A stretch of DNA of 64,000 bases from a virus (Duplodnaviria > Caudoviricetes), in the IMG/VR virus record IMGVR_UViG_3300028380_000482, positions 43,564 to 107,563 of that record. One strand, written 5' to 3'. Below the pieces are notes generated by a model. It saw only the letters and a list, made by a program, of their open reading frames with translations. It did no database searches and was not told the origin of the DNA. The position numbers and the translations under genes were made by a program. Every line of letters starts with the position of its first letter. Position 1 is the first letter of the stretch. Shown piece after piece: positions 37,393 to 48,000 of this stretch.

Positions 37393-40300
37393 TATCCTTT
37401 CCCTCCCTGCTTCAGTGCGGCGCTGATCTTGCCACCCTTTTTCAAGTCGCTGACCACCATCTGAATAATGGCATTCTCTGTAACGTTGGTGTTCTGACTG
37501 ACGGCCCCACCAACTTGCACGGGAACTGATACGTTGACGGCAATAGCATTGGTCTGTCCTGCGGTCGTACCATTCCCACCCGTAGAGCCAAGCACGAATT
37601 TTTGTCCGCTCGGTCCGCCTGTGGTGCTTGGTCCGGTGGAGATAATGTCGGTGAGGAAGTTACCAATCACGCCAGTCAGGGTGTTGATGCTCAGGTCCAG
37701 CCGCCCCAGCACGTCAATTTGCTCTTGGGTCAGTTCAGCCTCGCGCAAAGCGCGGTCTCGCTGATCGGCAAGAATCTGATCTTCGATGACGGCGAGATTG
37801 CGGATTTCGTCGGCGGCCTCGATCCGCAGTTTGTTAATTTCAATCGTGGTTGCGGCGGTAGCAGCTTGGACGGCGGCTTGCTCTTGCTGTGACAGGGCAT
37901 CGGCTTGGGCTTGAAAGGCCAGTTGTGCAGCGGCGGCCTCAGCTCGTTCCTGTTCGATCCGGGCATCAATTGACAACAAGGCTGCCGCACTTTGGACGGT
38001 CGTATCGGCAATTTGTTGCTGGATAGCTTCGACCCGGCTCCCTGCTTCTGTGGCCTGCGCCCGTGCCTTCTCCAATTCTCCGACCACGGAGTTGAAAAGA
38101 TTATTGAACGCGGTCGGGTCCAAGAATCCTTTGCCAACATCGAGCTGCTGCGTGAGATTGCGCGAGAGTTGTTGGAGCAAGTCTGGGAGTTGTTCTGGCG
38201 TGGCTCCGGCGATCCGCCCCCGAATGCCCGAGGCTTGCTGTTGCAAGAATCCGAGCTGCTCAGGCTTCGATAAATTGGACGAGGATTGCACGAGCCCGGT
38301 AATGGTCTGATTGAGGTCCTCCGCCACACGCCGGAACTCTTGGGCGAGTTGTAACTCTTCTTGGAGGGCGTCGATCCGCGCTTGGAAGAGTTCTTGTACT
38401 TGGTCTTTCTCATTTTGGAGAGCATTGATACGCTGTTCACTAGCCGCCCGCGCGGCTTCCGCTTCTTTCTGGAGCGATTGCCGTTTGGCATCGAACTCCG
38501 CGTTGATGTCGCGAATCCGGTTTTGCAGTGCGTTCTGGGCTTCCTGCTCCTGGGCTTGAAACAGTTCGACCGTAGCCTGTCGGAGAGAACGAACAGCCTC
38601 GCGTCCTTGTGCTAACTCCGCGTCCGTAAACGTGGTCCGGGTACTCGCCCCTAATCCCGAGAGCACCCCCTGTTGCCCGGCAATCCTCCCCCGCGCCGCC
38701 TCGACCGGCGAAATTGCGCCGATGGATTGCAAGTCGCCGATCACATTGAACCGGAGATCGATCCGCTGTTGGGAAATATCACGGATAGTGTCAAAGAGGT
38801 CGGTCGCTTTCTCGGTCGCGTCGGCGGCGGCGTCTGCCACTTGTCCGAAGGCATCCCGAATCTCGCCAACCGCTCCAGCGGCAGCTTCCGCTCGTTCTTT
38901 GAGCTTGGTAGCTTCGCCTTCATCGATCCCGTTACTGAGGTCAATCCCTTCGAACAGTTGGTTCTCGATAAAGTCCTTGAGAAAGCGATCAATCGCCAAG
39001 TCAACAAACCCATCCCGAATCTGCTCTGCTAAGAGCTTGCCGACATCCTCCCCCGGCTTCGCGGCCTTCACGACATCGACGAAACTACTTGTGATGACAT
39101 CAAAAATATCAGTCACCTCTTGTAGGTCTCGCTGGAATTTCTCCACATCGAAAATCCCGGCCTCATTGAAGGAACGGAGTGTGATCGCGGCAACGTTGAT
39201 GGCAGCCGGTAAATCTTGATTGAAAATATCGACCGTTCCTTGGATGGCATCCTGGTAGAATTCAATGCCAATCAAGTTGTCTTCGAACAAGCTGTTGAGT
39301 TTGGTGGCGAGTTCGGCAAACGAGAGTCCAGCTTTTTGGACCGTCTCTTGAATGGCGCCGCCAATTTTTTCGGGGTCTACTCCGAGGTTATCTAACAACA
39401 AGTTACCAAAGGTGGTCCCGGTCTGCTCAATCGATTTGCCCAATTTTTTGGCCTGATCCGCCGTCAGCGCGGCCCCCAGTGCTTGGAGTTGTTTGGAGAG
39501 TTCCGGCCCGATCTTGTCTTCGAGCACGATCTTGGAGGCTTTCAAGAAATCCTGTCCGTCACTGCCCCCGAACATTTTCTGCGCGAGCTTCTTGGTTTCT
39601 TCGAAGAAGTATTCGCCGGAGTCAATTTCTGAGGCGAAGGTAACTTGAATGTCTTTAAGGAGGTCCTTTACGCCCTTGCGGATTTCGGTCCCCTTACTGG
39701 GCGTGGACTTGAACAGCCCGCCGATGATGGAGCCAAACAAACTCCCCACGCCACCACCAATGGCCGCGCCTAATGCCGTCCCCCCAGGACCAAAGAATGA
39801 GCCGATGATACCGCCGCCGATGGCTCCCACGGTGCCACCGATCGTTCCCCCAAGCCCAGCCTGTTTACTGCCACCGAGCCCAAGCGCCCCCGCAAGCCCT
39901 TTCCCTAATCCGATCCCAGCAGCCCCTCCGGCTGCGGCCCCGAAGATTTCCCCGAACGAGGTCCCAGCGGTAGCGGCACTTGCTTGTGAAGAGGCCAGCG
40001 GCGCACTCCCAGCAGCAAACACTTCGTCTGAGATTTGCGTGAATCCCCCTTGAAATCCGGTCCCAAATACCTCCCCGAAGTTTTGCCCTTGAGTGAACAC
40101 CAGCCCTTCCGTCCCACCGCCACCTCCTGCTCCGCCGAAGAGATTGCTAAAGAGTCCCTGTCCCCCTTGTCCGATGAGACTACTCAGAATGCCGTTGCCA
40201 CCGAACAGATCACTGACGTTCTCGATAATCGGCTTGTCGAATCCTTCCTCTTTACCGACCAATAACTGCGAAAAGAACCGCGTTGAAATGGATTGGCCGA

Positions 40301-43300
40301 GGTCATCGAAGATGGCGCCGAGTTTCTGCCCTCCTTCGGCAATGCCGCTGGCGAAGTCGGTAAAGAAGTCACGAATAGTGCCAGTGCTGACGAGCGCCCG
40401 TTCGGCCTGTTGTTTCTGCAAATCGAGAATGGTCTGCTGGGCTTTGATCCCTTCCACAGCAGCAGCGCTCTGCGCGCCAGCGAGGGTCGTTTGCGCGCCG
40501 GTTAAGGCAGCAACGGCATTTTGTTCTTCGAGGAGAAGTGTGTTGAGCTGTCCTTGCAACTCAATCGTTTCCCCCGTCGCGGCAATCTGATCTCGTATCT
40601 GCGCTTGTCGGGCTTGGACGGTAGAGAGCTGTTGTTGCGCGAGTCTGACGGCGTTCTCTGCGGCCCGGATGTCGGCTTGCGCCCGCTCTTTGGCGAGGGC
40701 AATGAGCCGATTCTGCGCGGCGCTCAGGGTCTCGAACGAGGCCCCTTGGGCTTTCAGTAAGTTCAGTTGTTCTTCTTCGAGCGCGATGCGATTATCGAGT
40801 CCGGTTTGCGCTTGTTGTTGTTGGGCTTGTTCGACAGCGGCGGTCGCTGCCCGGACCGCTTCAATCTGTTGCGTTTGTTTGAGTTGGGTCTGAAAGTTCT
40901 CTTGCTGTTGTTTCAGAACTTCCTGTTCGCCATTGATTCGGGCGATCACACTCTTACTTTGTTCACTGGTAATCTCAGCCCCTAATGCCTGCACTTTTGC
41001 CTGTGATTGCGCCAGTTCAGTATTCTGTTGGGTGATCCCCTGCGTAATTTTCGCAAGATTCGCGGCCTGGGTCAGAGCTTCGCCTTGATTCCCCTGGGCA
41101 ATCGGACGACGACGTTCTTCTTCCGCCACCCGCTGAAGCAGAGAAATGGAGTTTCGCAAAATCTCTTGTCGTGCCCGTTCGGCGCTAATTTGCGCTTGTA
41201 CCGACCCCACGCGGGCCTGCCCGACCGTCTGTTCTTGTTGCGCGGCCTGTTGCGTGAGCGTAGCCCGTTTGTCTTCGACATTGGCCAACCCCGCAAGGGC
41301 TTGGATTTGCGTATTGGTCAATGCCAGTGCGGCTTCAGCAGACGAGAGCCGCCGCCGTGCTTCCGCCTCAGCCGCTTGGGCACGGGTTTCGGCTTGAGCT
41401 TGCGAGGCTTGAGTGATTCGTTGCTCAGCACTGAGCTTGATTTCGACAATCTTGCCCGTAATGGCCGTTTGCTGATTCAAAAACTTCTCTTCAATCGCCG
41501 CGCGTTGATCGACGTTCGTGACCGTCGCGAGTTCCGTCCGTCGCGCCGCCTCGATGCGGGAGAGGGCGGCATCCTGAAAAGCAGACGCATTCCCAGTTGC
41601 AGCGGCGCCTTCTTCGATCAGTGCCGCACTCGATTGCGCTGCTGCGAGCTGCGCCGCCCGGATGGCTTTGGCTAACTCTGGACTAATCTCAACAGTCTTC
41701 TGCGCTTCGACGTTATACTGAGCGGCGGCCTGCGCGAGCCCGAGCATCGCACCCGCCGCAAGACTGAGATTCGACGGGAGGTTTTTCGCCGCGCTCGCAG
41801 TGTCAGTCAGTGACCGCGCCACCGAGGCAAACTGTCCGCTTGCCCGTTCCGCAGCAGTCGCCCCGACACCAAACTGCGAGGTAAATTCTTGCGTGGCGTC
41901 GGCACTGTCTTTGAGTGCGCGGGTCAGATTCTGACGGAGGACGAGGGCAGACTTTGCGAATGTGTCTGCCGTTTTATCTGCCCCGACCAAGTTCGCCGCG
42001 AGTTCGGCAACGTCAGTCGCTCCGGCGGCAGCTCCTGTGGCCAGCGTTTGCACACCAGTTTCAACGATCTTGAGTTCCGTCCCCACACTAGAGAGCACGT
42101 CTCGGAAGAAACTGTAGACTTTAATCGCATCCTGAGCCGCCGCAGCAGCTTGTGAGGTTTGCTGGGTCGCCGCACCAGCGCCACTGCCTGCCCCAATTTC
42201 CACTCCGGCCTGAGTTTGCGGGAGCTTAATCTGCGGAAGAATTTCTTTCGTGTTATTGAGTTGCCGGTTGACTTCGAGGAGAAATTCCAACACTCCCTGG
42301 AGCGCATCTTTGAGCAGGTCAAACGGCGCCTGAAAAGCCCGGCCTAAGAGTTGACCGCTAATATCGGCGATCGATGAGGTCAGTCCGTTAAAACTGTTTT
42401 GGACCGCAGTGCCTGCCAGTGCAAATGCGGAGAGCCGCTCATTGATAAACTCAAACAGGCGCCCTTGTTCACGCGCGGCAACGACCTCGCGTTGGCGGAT
42501 TTGCAGGGCGTTGGCCAATCGAGCATTCTGGTCAATCTGCCCATCGGCAATAGCACGGACTTCCTGGCTCACTTGGCGCAGCGGAATCCCGATCGCGGTA
42601 GCTGCCTGGACAATGAGGGTCGTTGCCTGTTGCGCTTCTTTGAGGGACAGACCAGCCGCCGTCAGTGGCCCTTTCGCTTGTTGAAACGCATCCACGAGCT
42701 GCTCTGTGGTGGCGACCGTTTCGAGGGCGTCTTTTTGAATATCCTTGATAATCCCCGACGCAACTTGCTGCGCAGCGGCAAACTTCTCTGCGCCTTCGAC
42801 CGTCCGCCCCTGACTATCGACAATCTTATCTTGCGCGGCGACTAGCGAGGCGAGCCCAATCCGTTGCTGCTCAAGGGTGGCGTTATAGCGAATACCCTCT
42901 TGCGCGATAGCTTTCACGCCATTCAGGAGTCCGGTGACCGCCGTTGCCGCCGTGATGCCGGTAAACACCCCAAAGGCTTGTTGCAGGATGGGACCAAGGC
43001 CACTCGCCGCGACCCCGGTTTGTTGGGTCGCGTTGCGAACTTCCTGCAACGATTGGGCGTTCTTGGCGAATTCCTGCCGTGCAGTCGAGAGTTGTTGGGC
43101 GAGCTGGCGATTACCGGTTGCAGCAAACAACGCGGCTTCGCCGACGCGCCGTTCCGCCTCGGCTAACGAAATCGCCCCTTGCTTGGCTTGCTCTTGAATA
43201 GCGATCTGTTGACGGAGAAGACTCAATTCTCCGAATCCGCCCGTAGCACCTTGCGCTTGCGCGGATCGGAGGCGGCGTAAGGTCTCGGCAATCTTCTCAA

Positions 43301-43409
43301 CGTCGGAGACCGTCCGCTCCGCAGCGTCCCCCATCGCATCGGTCGCACGAACGAACTCATTGGCTCCTTGGGTTGCGCCGCTGGCATCGATGGAGACATT
43401 CAAGGCCAT
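37392..43409 (-). CDS. tail tape measure protein (2005 aa)
   Basis: Ala/Gln-rich coiled coils, Gly-rich hydrophobic segment; follows the chaperones. Confidence 0.92.
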   Translation of the reverse strand: MALNVSIDASGATQGANEFVRATDAMGDAAERTVSDVEKIAETLRRLRSAQAQGATGGFGELSLLRQQIAIQEQAKQGAISLAEAERRVGEAALFAATGNRQLAQQLSTARQEFAKNAQSLQEVRNATQQTGVAASGLGPILQQAFGVFTGITAATAVTGLLNGVKAIAQEGIRYNATLEQQRIGLASLVAAQDKIVDSQGRTVEGAEKFAAAQQVASGIIKDIQKDALETVATTEQLVDAFQQAKGPLTAAGLSLKEAQQATTLIVQAATAIGIPLRQVSQEVRAIADGQIDQNARLANALQIRQREVVAAREQGRLFEFINERLSAFALAGTAVQNSFNGLTSSIADISGQLLGRAFQAPFDLLKDALQGVLEFLLEVNRQLNNTKEILPQIKLPQTQAGVEIGAGSGAGAATQQTSQAAAAAQDAIKVYSFFRDVLSSVGTELKIVETGVQTLATGAAAGATDVAELAANLVGADKTADTFAKSALVLRQNLTRALKDSADATQEFTSQFGVGATAAERASGQFASVARSLTDTASAAKNLPSNLSLAAGAMLGLAQAAAQYNVEAQKTVEISPELAKAIRAAQLAAAQSSAALIEEGAAATGNASAFQDAALSRIEAARRTELATVTNVDQRAAIEEKFLNQQTAITGKIVEIKLSAEQRITQASQAQAETRAQAAEAEARRRLSSAEAALALTNTQIQALAGLANVEDKRATLTQQAAQQEQTVGQARVGSVQAQISAERARQEILRNSISLLQRVAEEERRRPIAQGNQGEALTQAANLAKITQGITQQNTELAQSQAKVQALGAEITSEQSKSVIARINGEQEVLKQQQENFQTQLKQTQQIEAVRAATAAVEQAQQQQAQTGLDNRIALEEEQLNLLKAQGASFETLSAAQNRLIALAKERAQADIRAAENAVRLAQQQLSTVQARQAQIRDQIAATGETIELQGQLNTLLLEEQNAVAALTGAQTTLAGAQSAAAVEGIKAQQTILDLQKQQAERALVSTGTIRDFFTDFASGIAEGGQKLGAIFDDLGQSISTRFFSQLLVGKEEGFDKPIIENVSDLFGGNGILSSLIGQGGQGLFSNLFGGAGGGGGTEGLVFTQGQNFGEVFGTGFQGGFTQISDEVFAAGSAPLASSQASAATAGTSFGEIFGAAAGGAAGIGLGKGLAGALGLGGSKQAGLGGTIGGTVGAIGGGIIGSFFGPGGTALGAAIGGGVGSLFGSIIGGLFKSTPSKGTEIRKGVKDLLKDIQVTFASEIDSGEYFFEETKKLAQKMFGGSDGQDFLKASKIVLEDKIGPELSKQLQALGAALTADQAKKLGKSIEQTGTTFGNLLLDNLGVDPEKIGGAIQETVQKAGLSFAELATKLNSLFEDNLIGIEFYQDAIQGTVDIFNQDLPAAINVAAITLRSFNEAGIFDVEKFQRDLQEVTDIFDVITSSFVDVVKAAKPGEDVGKLLAEQIRDGFVDLAIDRFLKDFIENQLFEGIDLSNGIDEGEATKLKERAEAAAGAVGEIRDAFGQVADAAADATEKATDLFDTIRDISQQRIDLRFNVIGDLQSIGAISPVEAARGRIAGQQGVLSGLGASTRTTFTDAELAQGREAVRSLRQATVELFQAQEQEAQNALQNRIRDINAEFDAKRQSLQKEAEAARAASEQRINALQNEKDQVQELFQARIDALQEELQLAQEFRRVAEDLNQTITGLVQSSSNLSKPEQLGFLQQQASGIRGRIAGATPEQLPDLLQQLSRNLTQQLDVGKGFLDPTAFNNLFNSVVGELEKARAQATEAGSRVEAIQQQIADTTVQSAAALLSIDARIEQERAEAAAAQLAFQAQADALSQQEQAAVQAATAATTIEINKLRIEAADEIRNLAVIEDQILADQRDRALREAELTQEQIDVLGRLDLSINTLTGVIGNFLTDIISTGPSTTGGPSGQKFVLGSTGGNGTTAGQTNAIAVNVSVPVQVGGAVSQNTNVTENAIIQMVVSDLKKGGKISAALKQGGKG

Positions 43410-43858
43410 CAGCTAATGACCCCCCTCGGCTCAGGCTTCGCCAATTCCGATGGCTGCTCTTTCAGTTCTTTTTCTTCATCCTGGCGCTTGTGAACGAGCG
43501 AGACAAATTCAATATCGAGCCCCCGTACACAGTGCAGCAGCCAATCCCGATGGGCAAAGTTATGCATCCCGAGATGATTGCGGAGATAGCCAATGATCGC
43601 CGACGTCGGAATCGCGCCGATGCTGAACCCCGTCTGCCGGTCAGCTTGCAGCATCCAGAACGTGTCCCACGGCAACTGGAGGTGGGGCGGGAGCCGGGGT
43701 TGGTCGATCAGCGGTTGCACGTCATGCGGCATCGTCTCTCCGGTCGGGTCATCCTCTAGCGCTTCCAGAATGTAGCCTTGGAAATCTTCGATGATGGGAC
43801 GGTCGGTGTCCTTATGCTGTACCTTCCAGTGATAGTGCCATTGGAGGTACTCGGTTAG
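43409..43858 (-). CDS. tail assembly chaperone, -1 frameshift extension (G-T-like)
   Basis: Frame is open from the slippery site into PPHLQLPWDTFWML...RQTGFSIGAIP. Confidence 0.78.
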   Translation of the reverse strand, partial: LTEYLQWHYHWKVQHKDTDRPIIEDFQGYILEALEDDPTGETMPHDVQPLIDQPRLPPHLQLPWDTFWMLQADRQTGFSIGAIPTSAIIGYLRNHLGMHNFAHRDWLLHCVRGLDIEFVSLVHKRQDEEKELKEQPSELAKPEPRGVIS

Positions 43859-44280
43859 TTTTTTAAGTCCGCCCTCAGTTGGGCTTTGCCAAACCGCGAC
43901 TTGTCACGGGCAATACGAAAGATGGCATCCCGGAGCCGGTCGTAATTCGCCAGAATCCGCAGTGCCTCACTTTCCGAATACGGCACATCCACCCCGTTCT
44001 CTTGCAGCCCGCACCAGTCTTTGACGAGGTGTTTCGCCCCCGCCGTGTTCTCGATCGAGCGGGCAACTTTGGTCGGAAACTGTCCGCCGTTGGCGTCCGA
44101 GAGGTGCATCTTCTCCCGCATGATGTGGGTCAGAAAATCTATGTACTTGGGGGAATCGGCAGAGGCGATTTGAAACCACGTGCCGGTGCGATGGCCGTTG
44201 TTCTCGGCATCTGCGGACATCGGCACCCACACGCCTTCTTCTTCGGCGAGTTGGTCACTGAGAAATTCGTTCAGATCCAT
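43855..44280 (-). CDS. tail assembly chaperone
   Basis: EEEGVWV...LVKDWCGL...VPYS; CAGGAGG RBS. Confidence 0.82.
   Translation of the reverse strand: MDLNEFLSDQLAEEEGVWVPMSADAENNGHRTGTWFQIASADSPKYIDFLTHIMREKMHLSDANGGQFPTKVARSIENTAGAKHLVKDWCGLQENGVDVPYSESEALRILANYDRLRDAIFRIARDKSRFGKAQLRADLKN
43858..43864 (-). other. programmed -1 frameshift site A AAA AAC
   Basis: GAC TTA AAA AAC TAA at the chaperone end; the -1 frame joins ORF 43409..43732. Confidence 0.78.
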
Positions 44281-44338
44281 GCGGGGGGTCCTCCTGATTA
44301 GCGTGCTCCTGTTCACGAAACCGTCATGAGTGAATAAA

Positions 44339-44405
44339 GTGGGCTGACGGACGACACAGGAGGTGAGACATCGCCGGTTCGGGTCGCGCACCCTAGCCAG
44401 CCCAC
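44339..44405 (-). ncRNA. UA/GAA three-way-junction leader motif, copy 2
   Basis: GUGGGCUGGC-UA-GGGU(loop)ACCC-GAA-stem(CACCUCCUG)-GUCAGCCCAC; the loop is complementary to the RBS CAGGAGG. Confidence 0.6.
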
Positions 44406-44411
44406 AGCGCC

Positions 44412-45614
44412 TTACGCGTGAATTAAATCGACCTGAAACATGCTGGCCGTGAGGTTATCGCGTACAGCGGTCCACGTGAGGTTTTGCAACACTGGCTGGT
44501 TCTGCCCTTGCTTCCGTAACTGCCCGGTCAAATACATCGCCGGAGCGGTAAAGATCATGTAGTTGGGCGGCGTCGAGCCATCCTTAAACGGCAGTACCAG
44601 CGACGTGAGCGTGTGATTGAGCACCTTGCTCAGCATGGTCACGTCTTCAAAATACGCTTCGAACGGGCCGGTACAGGAGAACGTACCATCAATCAGCGCC
44701 GCTGCGGCTGCGTTGGCGATCGCTTCCGCTTCCGTCACGTTACCGTTGACCGTGACGCCGATTTGCCGCAACCGGGTCAAGAGCGGCGTGTTCCCTTCGT
44801 ACACAATCGGCACGTTACTCGTCGCGTTCAGCACGGGGGCGGTATCCGCCGCGACGATGGAGCCTGAGCCTTTCATCGAGGACGTTTGCGTGGTGACGTT
44901 ATTGCCCAAGAACCGTGTCGTCCCGGTGAGCTTTTGCCGAGCTTGGGCGGTCATGGCAAATTCCACCGGGCGGAACCCGACGCCGCGCTGGTAAGTGGTG
45001 GTCAAATCGGAGAAATTCTCTTCGACGGAGAAGGACGTTTGCGTGGCGATCCCCGTCCGGGCCATCTTGCCTTTGAGCGTCACTGAGGGGCCAGCAGTCT
45101 GGGTCACAATCGTGGCGGCGCCACTCGCTTTGAAGAACAAACCAAAGACAATCTTTCCAGCGACCACGCTGTCTACTTGCCCGGCTCCGTCATTGAGCCC
45201 GCCGGTCGTGCCGCTCACTCGTAGCCACTGCTTCACGACAACGCCAGTTGCCAGAAGTCCGTTGGCGGAATCGTTCACTGAATTATCCACACTGGAAAAG
45301 GCGAGGGTCGTGCCGGTGAGGGTAACTGTCACCACCGCGCCGCAGAGGGTCGCGATGATAAAGTCGTCGAACGCCCCGCCTGCCGAGACTTCGTAGTTAA
45401 TGGCGAAGTTAGCGGAGTAGCCGACCGGAATTTGATCGGTGACTAACCGAGACGCGTCGATTTCTTCCGACTGCACATTCTGTTCGGTCCGCACGAGACC
45501 GTCGCCGCCAGCGGTGAGACGGACGGTTTTAATGTTGGGGTTGGTCGGGGTGACCCCGTAGGTAGATTCTTGAATGTAGTAGGTGCCGACGCGACTACTG
45601 CTCGCTAAAGGCAT
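44412..45614 (-). CDS. tail tube (major tail) protein
   Basis: ESTYGVTP..., SEEI...R, SFSVE pattern; position before the chaperones. Confidence 0.85.
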   Translation of the reverse strand: MPLASSSRVGTYYIQESTYGVTPTNPNIKTVRLTAGGDGLVRTEQNVQSEEIDASRLVTDQIPVGYSANFAINYEVSAGGAFDDFIIATLCGAVVTVTLTGTTLAFSSVDNSVNDSANGLLATGVVVKQWLRVSGTTGGLNDGAGQVDSVVAGKIVFGLFFKASGAATIVTQTAGPSVTLKGKMARTGIATQTSFSVEENFSDLTTTYQRGVGFRPVEFAMTAQARQKLTGTTRFLGNNVTTQTSSMKGSGSIVAADTAPVLNATSNVPIVYEGNTPLLTRLRQIGVTVNGNVTEAEAIANAAAAALIDGTFSCTGPFEAYFEDVTMLSKVLNHTLTSLVLPFKDGSTPPNYMIFTAPAMYLTGQLRKQGQNQPVLQNLTWTAVRDNLTASMFQVDLIHA

Positions 45615-45642
45615 AGGATTTTCTCCTCAAGTTATTCAGGGT

Positions 45643-45825
45643 TTAAGTGTCGGCATCTTTCGGTGGAACAAGGTAATACTTGCCGTCGTGATGTCTCCAG
45701 ACCGTGCGATGGGCGCCGGTTCCCATGTGACGAACAAACGAAGATCCATCATTCCATTCCTCGATAATTTCCCAGTACGGCCCGGTGAGCGTAGAATCTT
45801 CGATTGCCACATGATCACCTACCAT
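45643..45825 (-). CDS. hypothetical protein
   Basis: Fills the gap in the operon; start trimmed. Confidence 0.45.
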   Translation of the reverse strand: MVGDHVAIEDSTLTGPYWEIIEEWNDGSSFVRHMGTGAHRTVWRHHDGKYYLVPPKDADT

Positions 45826-45829
45826 CGCG

Positions 45830-46330
45830 CTACTCGACGAGTCTCCGCTGTGTCGCCTTTTCGTTATCGACCCACGAGATGACATCGATCTTTGGCTCCC
45901 CTTGCTCGATGTCGTAGCGGGTGAATCCGTCTTCGGTGACCACGAGCCACACCCCGGTCCCTTGGTTCATCGACTCTTCCCGTTCGACATAGATCATGCT
46001 CTTGGGCACGTTGACGGCGGAGACAATCCAATCGTTGGCGTCCCACTCGATTTTGTCTCCTTGCCGGACGGGTTCAGTACGGCGAGGCTCGCCGATGGGT
46101 TGCGGTTCGGAACCTTCTTCCTCAGATTCTTCGTCCTCCTCATCCTCCTCCTCCGGTTCATCTTCTTCAGGCTCAGGGTCGGTGGGTTGCCGTCCAGCAG
46201 CTTTTGCTTGTTGGCGGCGCATTTTTTCGCGTTGCGCTTCCTCTAATTCTTCGGGTGTCAAATCAATTACGGACGGGCGCGGGTTTCTGACCCCTATCGG
46301 GGGTGTTGGTGTTTTTGGCGTATCGACCAT
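45830..46330 (-). CDS. acidic hypothetical protein
   Basis: AAGGAGG RBS; poly-E/D tract. Confidence 0.6.
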   Translation of the reverse strand: MVDTPKTPTPPIGVRNPRPSVIDLTPEELEEAQREKMRRQQAKAAGRQPTDPEPEEDEPEEEDEEDEESEEEGSEPQPIGEPRRTEPVRQGDKIEWDANDWIVSAVNVPKSMIYVEREESMNQGTGVWLVVTEDGFTRYDIEQGEPKIDVISWVDNEKATQRRLVE

Positions 46331-46334
46331 CGGG

Positions 46335-46769
46335 CTAGCCTCCTTGGGCGTATTCGTCGCGCTGGTATTCAATCGTGACGTTGACCTGGTAGCGGTCGTT
46401 GCTCTGTCCGACCTCGATAATGTTTCCCGCCACACACGCAAGCCGTTCGGTAGGGGAGATGGCAAAGGTTTTCACTCCTTTCCCAAACAACGCGAGCCAC
46501 TGATCGGCCAGGGTCAGGATCGGCCCTCGGCCTCCGTTCCCAATCCCGAACACTTGCCCGGTAATGAAGCCGGGAAAGCGGTAGAGTTGGGTCTCCTGTA
46601 CGTTGCCTGTGGTGATCGGCCCGCCCAGCGTATTCTCAAGCATGGTGAGGGCGACATGCGGAGCATTCGGTGGTTCAGCAAATGCAGTCCCCGGAAACTT
46701 GACGGGTGTTGCCGTCCAGTTGGCGAGGACAAAGGTTTCAATCGTGACCACCGCCTGGGGATAACTCAC
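46335..46769 (-). CDS. tail terminator-like protein
   Basis: Position; ITGQVFG..G.G, YQVNVTIEY. Confidence 0.65.
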   Translation of the reverse strand: MSYPQAVVTIETFVLANWTATPVKFPGTAFAEPPNAPHVALTMLENTLGGPITTGNVQETQLYRFPGFITGQVFGIGNGGRGPILTLADQWLALFGKGVKTFAISPTERLACVAGNIIEVGQSNDRYQVNVTIEYQRDEYAQGG

Positions 46770-47167
46770 AGCCCCTCCTCCGCTGCGACCTGCGCAAAGA
46801 TCGTTTCGGCTTGGGCTTCCGTGGCCTGCACGGCTTGGGCAAGCAGGAGTTTAGGAGCAACGTAGCGCGTCCCGTACTCGATAAACTGGGCGTAGTTGGC
46901 ACCGTTGGCGACATAGACGGGTGCGTAAGGATCATCGGGGAACACATTCGCAACCCCGGTAACGGTCCCAGTGGGAATATCGGTGGCCGGTTCCGGGGCA
47001 ATATGCCATTGTGCACGCGAGAATCCCGTATCGACGGGCCAGGGTTCCACCACGGCACCAAGGACGTTCACCGCCAGGGCATTGCGCGCCACACCAGACA
47101 CGCGCCGGACTTTGACGGTGTAGTTGGCAATCTCGGCTTTGAATGCAGGGAGGTTCGTGACTGGCAT
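46766..47167 (-). CDS. HK97 gp10-like neck/tail completion protein
   Basis: PVDTGFSRAQW; NYAQFIEYGT. Confidence 0.85.
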   Translation of the reverse strand: MPVTNLPAFKAEIANYTVKVRRVSGVARNALAVNVLGAVVEPWPVDTGFSRAQWHIAPEPATDIPTGTVTGVANVFPDDPYAPVYVANGANYAQFIEYGTRYVAPKLLLAQAVQATEAQAETIFAQVAAEEGL

Positions 47168-47173
47168 ACGTTC

Positions 47174-47545
47174 CTACGGACGGGCGTGCATAATCCAGGC
47201 AACACGGTTACCGATGGGATGGGCGGTCTGGACGGTGTACCGCGCCCCATTGGTGACAATCGTGTCGTCCGGTTTGGGTTGATAATTGCCGGGCACATCG
47301 GCCCCGAGGACAAAAAAGTTGTGATCGCTCGCCAGCACATTCACGTTATCGATGCGGCTCTTCCGCACGCGGTACATGATGGCGCGGATCGCACCGTAGC
47401 GGATCGGCTCACTGAGCCCCGTCGCCGGGTCATACACGCCACTCGCCGACGGAATAATATCGACGGAGACCACCGGCCCTTGTGGTCCGCTGAAGGTGCC
47501 GACATCGAAGCGCGCCAGAGAGTCCCACAATAGATTGTAGTTCAT
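47174..47545 (-). CDS. head closure/stopper-like protein
   Basis: YDPATG, PKPDDTI; position in the neck module. Confidence 0.6.
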   Translation of the reverse strand: MNYNLLWDSLARFDVGTFSGPQGPVVSVDIIPSASGVYDPATGLSEPIRYGAIRAIMYRVRKSRIDNVNVLASDHNFFVLGADVPGNYQPKPDDTIVTNGARYTVQTAHPIGNRVAWIMHARP

Positions 47546-47991
47546 CGGTTTGTGTCCTCTTGGCCTGTGACCTCGGTCGAATCAAATTGGCCTTGCGGGA
47601 GGAGGGCCGGGACCCGGTCAGGATCTTGGTTGCGGGTATCAACATCGGCTTGGGAAATGCCGCCCGCGAATGGGGCAATAGCAAGACTGCTCACCGCCCA
47701 CTCGCCGCCGCCTCGTTCAATGTAGAGCGTGGCGAGCTTGCTATAGTGATCGAACAACTGACCCGCACTCACACTAATGTCACCGCCGATACTGTGATCG
47801 ACGACTTGGGCATACCTGGCAGCCAGGGATTGCGCGGCCAGTCCGGTCGAGAGGGTCACGCTTGCCCCTGACGCCAGGAGTGCGCCAATCTCCTCATCCG
47901 TGAGGAGCCACGTTTGCGGTCCCACATCCCCTAAGTTGAAGCGGACCTTGTCTTTGTCGGTTGCGAGGGTTGGATTGTAGCCGCAGGCCAT
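47542..47991 (-). CDS. head-tail adaptor
   Basis: DKVRFNLGD...LLTDEEI. Confidence 0.75.
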   Translation of the reverse strand: MACGYNPTLATDKDKVRFNLGDVGPQTWLLTDEEIGALLASGASVTLSTGLAAQSLAARYAQVVDHSIGGDISVSAGQLFDHYSKLATLYIERGGGEWAVSSLAIAPFAGGISQADVDTRNQDPDRVPALLPQGQFDSTEVTGQEDTNR

Positions 47992-48000
47992 GATCCGCTC

